A stretch of DNA of 64,000 bases from Azolla caroliniana (taxonomy: Eukaryota; Plantae; Polypodiophyta): the NCBI GenBank assembly GCA_043228905.1, contig JBHGNT010000015.1:18786001-18850000 (forward strand). Reading direction: 5' to 3'. The notes below the pieces were generated by a model. The model had not been told where the DNA came from, made no database searches, and worked only from the letters and a program-made list of their open reading frames with translations. Of the stretch, positions 45,771-56,814 are shown one piece after another. Numbering within the stretch: the stretch's first letter is position 1; each line of letters starts with the position of its first letter. Position numbers and translations under genes: made by a program.

Positions 45771-47951
45771 GGGCGTAAGGAATTCCGGTCCTACGTGATC
45801 CCCACACTTAACCAGAGACTCCGACAGTTCGGCCAACGTGGCAACATGAGACCGAGACAGAAGGTTGGTGGCGGCGGGAAACGGGACCCGACTACGCGGA
45901 GGACACGAGGAGAGTCCGGGAGGGACTCAAACAAAAGACACCCTAGTTTCGGCAAGCATAGAAACGGAGTCCGGTCCTATGGGACCCTCACACCGATCCG
46001 GAGACTCGCAAACGGAGTCTCGCAAGTGGCCATTGCGGGCCGGATCGAAGCGTGACTACGGGACGGTGTTCGGCACGGGCGGGCCGAACGAAGGAAGTGG
46101 AAGACTCAGGACCTATCGCGGCAGCACGAAGACGGGAAGGGCCAAGCGGGCTACTACGGGGTGTTCCTCGGATGCAAAGGACACCGGTATGCGGGTGAGC
46201 GGCGATGCACGATCTGGCCGGAAAGGGCCGACAAGGCGTGCAATAAACCGGAGAAAGGCACACGGAGGTGCCGGAGCGGGAAGGCAAGCGCGGAGAAGGC
46301 CGGAAAGGGATCTTCCACGCCGTTCCGGAGACCATGGCGGTTCGAGCCAACGCGGCGATGTAAGACCATGGAGAAGGAAGGTGGCGGCAAAAGGATGAGG
46401 GCAACGCGAAACGACATGGGACGGCAATCAGGACGACACGAATGATCAACGAAGTCCAAGCGGGCCACTACGGGCATCATCGGGCCTACGGCGGGAAGCG
46501 GGGCGTTCATACAGCCGAACAAGGGCCAACGGAAGTACGCGTACTATGGAGATCGCGACAGAGGAACCATTGACGGGTCGAACGAGCCTACGGGGAGGCG
46601 AGCGCGAAGGAATACTCGGAGCCGATGGATCAAATCGGCAGCAAGCCGAGATGCGGATCACGGAAGACCGGTTTCTCGCCGGCCGAAATCTCTCACCCTT
46701 CAACCGGATTTGGCACGTACCGGTGGACGTGCAGTTAGGTGGGGGCGGATGTCGTGAAGAATTTCGGCCAAAGGCGGAAACCAGGAACGTTGGCTACATC
46801 GGCGGGGTGCAGCGTGTGTACGCACCCATGTACATTTAGTGTGAATATCGAGGGCGCCTCTATGGCGCCGAAGAGAGTCAAGTCGGGGCAGACGATCCCA
46901 TGTAAGGCGGGATTTGTCCCACATTGTAACGCATCCCACTCCTTGTACTATAAAAGGAAGGGATCACCCTTTAGAAAAGGGTTGCCCATTTTGCATTAGA
47001 GGGTATACCGTTAGGTTTAGAGTTAGTCTTGATCTTCTTCTCCTTCGTGTTCGCTTAGGGTTTGCTGTAGCTTATCTCCTGTGCAAGACCCCGCTCGGCG
47101 TGACGAGCCCAAGAGCTCCCCGACGGCGGCTTGACAGCAGACGACTACTGTAACCTACCTCAGCCCGGCTCGAAGCTGAGGATGTATTCTTCTGTTTATA
47201 CATATATATATATATATATATTTGCGTCTGTCTGTGTATATTCGCGTCCATGTTCGTGTCGGGTGTTTCCCCTTTCCTGCGTTTCCTGTACATGAGGGCG
47301 CGAGGCGGGTCAACATGTGTGTGTGTGCGTGAGTCGGTGTTAAGCGCTCTCTCCCTCTCTCCCCTCGGTTGCTTCCGGTGTGCTTCTGAGATGCCCCGGG
47401 AACGGTGAAGCCCGACTTCCTACGCTCCAACACTCCCTAGTCCAAGACCCCCGTGGTCCCGCCCTTCTACACGCACGCGCGTAACAACGCAACAACGTTC
47501 GACGGGAGCAAGTACAACGGGGAGTGGCTCCAGATCGGTGGGTTCCTGAAGACGATGACGCCGGGAGCGGTGTGGACAAGGGAAGAGGCTAACTGGATCT
47601 GGAAGAAAGCGTACGGATTCTTCCTGTGGGACAGAAGCATATGGAAGCACCCGAAGAAGCGAGATGGAGTCCCACTCTAGGTGGTGGCCAAGAAGGAGGA
47701 GGAAGCATTGTTAACGGCGTACCACGAGATTCCTTGGGCCGGACACCGGGGGACATGGGACATGTTCGAGAAGTTGAAGGAGAAGTATTGGTGGCCAAGA
47801 CTATACCGGGACATGCATTTGTTCGTAACGACTTGCGAAAGCTGCCAGATGCATTCCATAGTCCGACATCGGGACGAGCTGCACCCGACTTACCGGCCGA
47901 CCGTCCACTTCAAGTGGATGGTGGATCTGGTGACGATGCCGATGGGAGTAG

Positions 47952-50900
47952 TGTTGAGTGGCAAGCTCAACCGGATCTGGATCGGCTAAATAAGCATGAG
48001 CCGGATCGACATCTGGAAGGATGAGCCGGTGAGCCGGATCCATCAGTAACCGGAAGCCTAGTAGCAGCCTAGACTACTAGGAAGTTAATGTCTCATAGTT
48101 AGTGTCAGACGCTTGTGTGAGCATTGAAGTACACCGTACTTATGTCAGTTCGTATGGACTTGTATAAAAGTGTTCACTGAACACATATGATGTACAGACT
48201 GAGTATTATTTTTGAATTGAGTTTGTGTGCATTCACTCTCTGTCTCTCCCGCGTATTGTGTATATCCTAAGCTCTCCATTAAACCTGTGTTTGTGTGTTC
48301 GGTTTTCTGTTTGCTTCCACACGCTATTCTTTTACATGGTATCAGAGCGTGAGGGTTGAGAACCTCTGCAACCGACATAGCTTGAAAAGAAAACCAACCA
48401 AGAAGATCAGGTAAAAACCGATGGATAGAGGCATGGCTATCTCGCTTCCGACGGAGAAGCTTGATAGAAACAACTACGCATCTTGGTCGTACAAGATCCA
48501 CGAATACCTGCTCGGACATAGTTACTGGAGCTATGTCAACGGAGCAAATGACACATCACCCGAATCGACACACAGAGATTTCCTGGTGTGGGAACAGTCG
48601 GCGAGCAGAGTACTGTACTGCTTCGCGTCTTTGTGGGCGAACAACTCCTAAGCTACATTCGGGATGCAAAAACACCAAAAGATGCTTGGGGAAATATGAA
48701 GAAGATTTTCGCCGCAAGCACTACAGCCAAGAAGCTTCAACTCCGACAGGAGCTGAGCAACCTATGACAACGTGACTTGTCGGTGGCAGACTCCACCTCC
48801 AAAATCAAGGACATTTGCGACTCTCTGGCCTCCATCGATGTGAGAATACGTCGTCATTTTTCGACTTACAGTCGATGCTCCTTGTAGAGGAGAACCACGC
48901 CGGTGTGTCAACAAGTGCACCAACCAACAACCGGATGCTGTACACGGAGGCGGATCGGCCTTGTGGGCGTGGTGAACAAGGGTTTAGGGTTTAGCTCGCA
49001 ATGGTAGCGGCCATCAAGAGCATGAACAAAGGCACAGAGAAAGTGCCAACAGTAGTTCCAGACCCTCGACAAGGAGGGGGAGTCAAGGCGGCAGCGGAGG
49101 CCGGCAAGCAAAGGCTGACACGGAATGTTGGTACTATGGTAAAAAGGGCTACAGAGAAAGCGAGTGTTGGAAGAAGCGCGCCAATTCGGATTGATCCGGA
49201 TTTGACAAGGCCGGCAGAGAGAATCGACAATACTCGCACTACGTAGAAGGATCAGGAGGATCCAAAACCGGAAAAGTTGGTAAAGGGCCAACCTTGGTGA
49301 TGAAACACGAGGCTAGCTTGATGAAGAAGACCACTTCCAAATCGAAGGAAGTGTGGTACATTGATTCCAGTGTGTCAAATCACATGACGAGCCACAAAGA
49401 GTGGTTCTCTTTCTTGGAGAAACCGGAACAACTAGGAGTTGTCGAAATCAGAGACGACACTCCACACCCAATCGTGCATGTCGGAGAAGTCCCTTTGAGC
49501 CACGTCAAACAGAGAGGGAAGTTGATGAACGTATTACACGTTCCGACCATCACGAAGAACCTGGTGTTGGTTGGATAGATTGTCGACCAGGGGATGCAGG
49601 TGCGGTTTACGCACCTCGGGTGCTTCATTGAGGAAGAGGGCCAAATCATTGCACAAGGGCGCAAGGATGGGAGGATGTTTATCCTCGACACCAATGACGT
49701 CGACACCGCTTTGTTCGCCAAAGGACAGAAGATTGAATCAGATATCGATCTCTGGCACAAGCGGATTGGCCACGTTAATTACAGGAGGCTTCAAGACTTG
49801 CAAACGAAACACGTTGTTTTCGGTTTGCTGAAGTTTAGTGGCCGGAAGACCCAAGTATGTGAAGCCTGCCAACTCCGGAAGCAACACCGGCTTCCATTCC
49901 CCACCGAAAGAAACCATAGACGTAACAAGCTCGACCTTATTCATTCGGATGTATGGGGACCGTCACAAAATGTTAGTCTTGGCCGGAGTCGATATTTCGT
50001 CTCCTTCATCGACGACTACAGTTGGCACACATGGATCTACCTCATTGAGCGGAAGAGTGAAGTCTTCGAGTGTTTCCGGAACCTGCAAAGCCTGATTGAA
50101 TGGGAAATGGAAAGGAAGATCAAGTGCCTGCGGTCGAATGGTGGAAAAGAATATTTTTCCGGCCAATTCAACAGTTATTTGCAGCAGAACGGAATTCGGA
50201 GAGAATTCAGCTGCAGGTACACACCGGAGCAAAATGGCGTGGCCGAAAGGAAGAACTGGTTGATTGTCGATGCGACAAGGGCAATGCTGGAGGAGAAGAG
50301 CATGCCACATTTCTATAGGGCTGAGGCGGTCCGGATCAGTGACAAGGTGTCAGCACATGAGCTATATTTTGGGCGCAAGCCGAATTTGAGACACCTTCCG
50401 ATATTCAGTAGCATTTCATATGTGCATGTGCCGGATGAGAAGCGGAGGAAGGTGGATGCAAAGTCGGAGAAATGCATCCTGGTCAGTTACTCGCATGAGC
50501 AAAAGGGGTATAAGTGTTATAAGCCCCGGACGAAGCAGGTCTGAGTTAGCCGGGATGTTGAGTTTGATGAGACGACATCATGGTATGCCTTACCGGCTCC
50601 GACTTCCGACCCCGACCTGATACTGGAGGATGAGGCTAGTGAGGCTGAACCGGTCCAGATAGAAGATGAAGACCTCGACACTCTAGAAGAGAGTCTGATC
50701 TCGTTTCGGTTGAGTGGACCGAATGAGCGGCTAAGTCGGGATGACCAGTCGGATGAGGAATCGGCGAGTAGTGGAGACTCTGCCGTGCTCTCCCCGCGCA
50801 AGGAACCGAGGACACGATTCACGCGCAAAGAGAAAGGGAAGAAGAAGATGTCGGAATACGAAACCAGCAACATTGAGCCGGATCAGAGCGAAACCGACTC

Positions 50901-53569
50901 CGGAAAGGATGAAGGTGGATCTTCGAGAACGAAGTTCGAACTGGCCAAGAAATGCCCCAAACCAGGTAACAATAAGATACGCCGGTCTTCCCGCCAGAAG
51001 AACCCCGTGCAGCGGTACGGGTACAACATGGCGCATCACTATGCGTACATGACCAAGCTGGCGGAAGTGCGTGAGCAGGAGAGCTACGCAAAAGCGGCAA
51101 AGGACGCAATTTGGCGTGCCGCTATGAAGGAAGAAATGCGGGCACTCAATGCCAACGACACATGGGACCTAGTTGACCCTCCCCGACACTGTAAACCGAT
51201 TGAATGTAAGTGGGTGTACAAGGTAAAGTACAATGCCTACGGTTCGGTTAACTGGTACAAGGCCCAGTTAGTGGCGAAGGGATACACACAAACCCACAAA
51301 ATCGACTACGACGAGACCTTAGCTCCGTTAGCGAAGATGACGACGGTTCGTGTGGTGCTGGTGGTTGTTGCGGCAAGGAGGTGGCATCTTCACCAGATGG
51401 ACGTGAAGAATGCATTTTTTCAGGGTGATTTTGAAGAAGAGGTCTTTATGACCCAACCTCCCCCGGTTTCTAGTCGAAGATGAACAAGTCGGCAGTATGC
51501 CGGCTGAAGAAGTCACTTTATGGCTTGAAGCAAGCCCCACGAGCTTGGAATACGAAGATCATGCACCGATTGCGTAAGATGGGGTTTGCGGCCTCAAAGT
51601 CCGACTCTTTGTTGTTCATCCGGCAAGGTCAAGACGGTCTGGTCTACATCTTGTTGTATGTTGATGATCTAGTCATCACTGGACTTGGACTCGATGAAAT
51701 CGTCCGAGTCAAGTCCCAGCTATCGGATGCATTTGAGATGAAGGACCTGGGGGACCTTCACTATTTCCTTGGGATCGAGGTGATCCGAACCCCCGATAGC
51801 ATATTGCTCTCACAAAGACACTATGTGTTGAACATGTTGTACAAGTTCGGCATGACGGAATGCTGATCTCCACACCCCTGGACCGGAACTAGAAGCTCTG
51901 TCCCGACTCCGGACTAGCCTGCGATGAGAAACGGTTCCGACAAATCGTCGAAAGCCTTATATATTTGAAATTCACCCGACCTGACATCAATTATCTGGTT
52001 GGCGTGATCAACCAATATATGCAGAAGCCGACCGTGGAGCACCTTTTGTGCGCGCATCGAATTTTGCAATATGTGAGCGGCACAAAGGAACGGGGATTGT
52101 TATACCGACATGGTATAACCGAAGAGCTAGTCGGCTACACCGATGCTGATTGGGCCAACGATGCATCGGATCACCGATCCACCTCCGGCTATATGTTTTT
52201 CCTTGGTAGCGCGGCTGTTGCGTGGAGCAGCAAAAAGCAGCCAATAGTGGCCCTTTCGAGCATTGAGGCTGAATACTGGGGCGCTACCGTTGCCACCTAT
52301 GAAGCCATTTGGCTTCGGCGTTTGCTGCAAGACCTGCGGATCGAGGTGCCGACCCCGATCCTGCTCTACTGCGACAACATCAGCAGCATGCAACTCGCCA
52401 AGAACCCCGTATTCCATGCTCACACAAAGCACATAGAAGTGCACTACCACTTCGTGCGTGAGCATGCCCTGAGCGGCATACGGATCGGCAAGTTGCCGAC
52501 ATCTTCACTAAACCGCTAGGATCGGACAAGTTGCAGCACTTCACCGAAATGCTTGGTGTTCAGCATCTCGACGTGCCACACTTAAGGGGGAGAACTGGCA
52601 AAGACACCGAAACGGGCAAAGGCAAAGAGACAGTCGATTGCGCCGATAAGGGAAGAACCGACAAGGGGAGAGACAAGAAGAAGAAAGGAGCCGAGTCGAC
52701 AAAGGAAGTTGACACATCCAAACAAGTCGGAACCAATGGCAGAGTCAAGAAGGACAGAGCCGCCAAGACCCAGACATGGTCCGATGTGGTGAAGGGCCTG
52801 GAACCGGAAAACGAATCGGGAGCGACCGATTTGGACAAGAGCTGGAACGAATAGGAGACAACCGATTTGGTTCTATAGACGGATTCGGAAGAACCGGTTC
52901 AATTCAAGGCCAAGATGACGAGAAGGCAGCGAAAGTCGACGCCAACACGAAGGAATCGGTGAATCGACAAGCACCGAAGTCACAGCAGCGAGGGAGCTGA
53001 ATTGGGCATGTTGAACAGACAAGCCAACCGAGGAGGTCGAGGTCCGTAGAAACAAAAGGGTCATGGCAAACGGGACCGGACCGGACGAGGAGCGCGAGCG
53101 AGGCGGAGTGACGCCATGGAGATTGACACTATGATCCGACCTCAAGTTGAGCCTGAGGGGGAGTGTTGAGCGGGAAGCTCAACCGGATCTAGATCAGCAT
53201 TCGTAAGGATGAGCTGGATCGGTGAGCCGGTGAGCAAGTGAGTCGGTGAGTTGGGGAGCGAGTTAGCCGGATCCATCAATAATCAGAAGCCTAGTAGCAG
53301 CCTAGACTACTAGGAAGTTAATGTCTCATAGTTAGTGTCAGATGCTTGTGTGAGCATTGAAGTACACCGTACTTCTGTCAGTTCGTATAGACTTGTATAA
53401 AAGTGTTAACTAAACACATACGATGTACAGACTGAGTATTATTTTTGAATTGAGTTTGTGTGCATTGACTCTCTGTCTCTCCCGCATACTGTGTATATCC
53501 TAAGCTCTCCATTAAACCTACGTTTCTGTGTTCGGTTTTCTATTTGCTTCTGCACGCTATTCTTTGACA
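47952..53569 (+). mobile_element. Copia-D: degenerate Ty1/Copia (Ale-like features) inserted in the Gy-1 integrase
   Basis: TSD AGTAG (47947-51 / 53570-74). LTRs 47952-48336 and 53164-53569. PBS TGGTATCAGAGC abuts the LTR (48337-48348); PPT at 53154-53163. Motifs: KLDRNNYASW, WYIDS, TPEQNGVAER, LYVDDL, YTDADWA. Confidence 0.93.
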
Positions 53570-55149
53570 AGTAGGGCAGATGCGATACCTGGTGCTGGCA
53601 CAAGAGGATCTGACGAACCAGGTGCAGGGCCGAGCCTTACCAAACAAGACGACCGTGGCCGTGTGTCGGTTCCTAATCGAGGAAGTGGTATGTCAGTACG
53701 TGTCCATAGGAAAGATTGTTGCAGATCGTGGAGAACTGGATGCACAAGAGGCCGAAGAGTTGTTTGAATGGTTAGGGGTTAAACTCTCGCTCACCACGGC
53801 GTACAATCCGGAGGCAAAGAGGAAGGTGGAACGAGGGCACAACCCAATCATGAAGGCATTGGTGCGATCGTGTGAAGGACAGGTCGAGAATTAGCCGCGG
53901 CTTCTACCTTACGCGTTGTGGGCGGACCGGACTATGCACAATTCGGTGACCGGGTTCATGCCGGCGGAGTTGATGTAAGGCCAAAAACCGATTATGCCAG
54001 ATAGATTGGAGGAGCAAGATGAGTCAGTAAAAGCTGTTGACAACGCGGATTCGACAGCTTGAGCGAAGACCAGAGGACGTGGAACAGGCAAAGGCGAAGT
54101 TGCAAACGGCGAGGGAGAGGAACAAGGGCCGATTCAATCGAACACACCGGCTGCGGCCAAAGAAGATCGAAGAAGGTGACTGGGTGTTGGTGTACGACAA
54201 TAGCCTCAACAACCAGCACAAGGTGACGCGCAAATTCTCAAGGAGGTGGTTCGGGCCCTACGCCGTAACGAGCGCGAATGACAATGGCAACTACCATCTT
54301 GCAGAGCTCTATGGGACACGGTTAACAGTACCATTAGCCGGGAAGTGGATCAAGGCGTTCAAGAAGCGGCACGAGGACGAGCCAGACCTGGGGAGTGAGG
54401 ACGACAATGGCGATCGGTTCGGAGTGGGTGAAGGATCAAGGAGCGATGAGTAGAGGCAAGCCGGTTTCTCCAGTAACTGTTCCTCTCTGGTGCATACCGG
54501 TGGATGCGCGGTTTGGTGGGGGTGGATGTCGTGGAGAAAACCGGCCATAGGAGGAAACGGGGGAAAAGACGTAGGAACCGACCCTTACGCGTTGACGCAC
54601 TATTTATTAAGTTGTACACAACTAGGTCTGATTCAGCTGGTGTAAATATACTAGGTAGTACACATTGATTGTCTAGGAAATCCAGGCGTATCTCTGTCCG
54701 ATGGGATAAGGGATAAATGTATGTAACCGAGGGTGTAACGGTCTTCCCTGGCAGCCTATAAAAGGGAGGGGAGAAGACTGTAACGGGGATTGCGCATTTT
54801 GAGAGGACGAAGTGTTGTCGGACTGGTAACCGAGCTCTCTCCTCCTCCATCGTTGTTGCTTCTGCAGGGATTTTGGGTTAAGTTGGTTGCCTCTGCTGCG
54901 TGAAAGCCTGTGCACTTCCGGTAGGGGCTCCACTGCGTATTTAGGTGCGTGTGGTCGTCTGTGTGGAGTCTGTCACCGGCTTGCTGGTTGTAACATTGCA
55001 AGCTCTATAATCTATACTGATTTGGAATTGATTCTCTCATTTCTGTCTCTTTATGTTTCTTGCGAATCTCTCTCTCCCTCTCATCTCTCACGCTCCTCGG
55101 TTCCGGGCCCCCCCGGTCCCGCCTTATTTCCTACGCGAAAGCGTAACAA

Positions 55150-56810
55150 CACGAAAACACCAAGAGCCCTGCGAGGTTGTTTACACTCTGTGTAGAGAGT
55201 GGTGTGCTCTGATCTTGTCATTGTATATCCAATGTATAGTGAAGCTCTGTTCTCTGTGGTTTTCTCTCGTTTTAGGGTTTCCACGTTAAATCTGTGTATA
55301 TTGTTTTCTGTGTTTTAGAATTGTGTATTTCAGCGTATGCCTTTTCTTGTGGATTGACGATTCGTTTTTCAACAAATTGGTATCAGAGCTTGAGGTGCAA
55401 GCATGGAAGGAGGTGCGAGTGTCTTCCCAGGAATGATAGTTCTAAACTCTTAGAACTATGCAGACTGGAAGATAAAGATGGAGGACCTTCTCATAGTCAA
55501 AGACCTGTACGAGCCGATCGACAGAGCAAAAATACCCATAGGGGTATTAGAATTGAAATGAAAACTTCTTAACAGAAAGGTTGTGGCCACCATCCGATAG
55601 TGTGCCAATGTAAGTGTCCTTCAGCATGTGGCGAACGACACAAATGCCCACGAGATGTGCAAGAAGCTGTGAGGTCTATATGAGAGGAAGAATACCCTCA
55701 ATAAAACCTCACCGATGAGAAAGATCGTACGGTTGAAATACACAAACGGTGAGAGCATCGTCGAACACATCAACACATTCATGGGGTATGTAAATCAACT
55801 TGTTGCAACCAAGTTTCCCCTTGATGATGCTATGCAAGCCATCCTACTGATGCGCACACTACCGGATAGCTAGGAGAACTTGGTGGTTACTCTCAACACC
55901 TCTTGTCAAGAAGAGAACTTGTCTTTAAAAGCGGTGAAGAGAAGCATCCTAAATGAGGAAGTGAGAAGGAAGGACAAGGGTGCCCAAGTCCAGTCGTAGT
56001 CAAATTTGACTCAATACATCGGCAGACGAAGGAACCGACAAAGCAATCCACCAAGGAGAGAAAAGTCTCAAGCCAGGTTGAAGTCCAGCGGAAAGCTCGT
56101 GTGCTTTTATTGTGGAAAGCCTGAGGATGTTCAACACGTCCCCAATATCAGATTGAATCTGATATCGACTAGAAGACTGGACGATGAAGGCTACAATGGT
56201 AGTTTTCAGAGTGGCAAGTGGAAGTTCTACCGAGGAAATCTTATAGTGGCCCGAGCACAGAAGGAAGGCACATTGTATATGATGTAAGCCTGAATGTGCA
56301 AGTCGGAAGTGAATGTGGCAGCCAACTCGGTAGGACAGATATGGCATAAGAGGCTAGGCCACATGAGTGAGAAAGGTCTGCATCTATTAGCCAACCAAAA
56401 ACTTCTACCAGAGGTAAAGGGAGTGCACCTAGAGAAGTGCGTCGACTACTTTGTTGGAAAGCATAACAGAGCAACATTCCACACAAGACCACCGAGAAGA
56501 AGAGAAGTGTCATTGGAACTAATACACACGGATGTGTTATGTAGATGCTCTGTCGCATCGAGGCGGACAGTACTTTGTGATGTTCATTGATGACTATAGT
56601 CGGAAGACATGGGCCTTCATATTGAGGTCGAAGGATCAAGTATTGTCGTTCTTCAAGGAGTTCCAGACAAGAACCGAGCAAGAGTCGGGTCAGAAGTTGA
56701 AGGTTGTTCGAACCGACAATGGTGGTGAATATAAAGGGTAGTATCCCATGAATATGCATGCGGACCTAGTCGACAAAAAGGTGGTGAGAAGTTGGGACGT
56801 AGTCTTCTTG
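55150..56810 (+). mobile_element. Copia-F: internally deleted Tork-like fragment
   Basis: Partial LTR to 55374, PBS at 55378-55389, gag from 55403. The knuckle CFYCGKP is fused to EDVQHVP (PR deleted) and the integrase is cut after DNGGEYKG. Confidence 0.85.
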
Positions 56811-56814
56811 GGCT

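Larger units (their letters stand above)
41727..47494 (+). mobile_element. Gy-NA: non-autonomous, capsid-only LTR element of the same group, inserted in Gy-1 pol
   Basis: TSD ACGT (41723-26 / 47495-98). LTRs 41727-42462 and 46750-47494. PBS-Trp at 42467-42484; PPT at 46738-46749. No PR, RT, RH or INT motifs found internally. Confidence 0.92.
29922..55148 (+). mobile_element. Gy-1: degenerate Ty3/Gypsy (non-chromovirus, tRNA-Trp primed); host of three nested elements
   Basis: LTRs at 29922-30548 and 54527-~55148. PBS TGGTGAACCCGACGTGAA at 30555-30572; PPT GGTGGGGGTGGA at 54515-54526. Coding segments 30596-30806, 37799-41726, 47499-47951 and 53575-54453 rejoin across the insertions. Confidence 0.9.
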
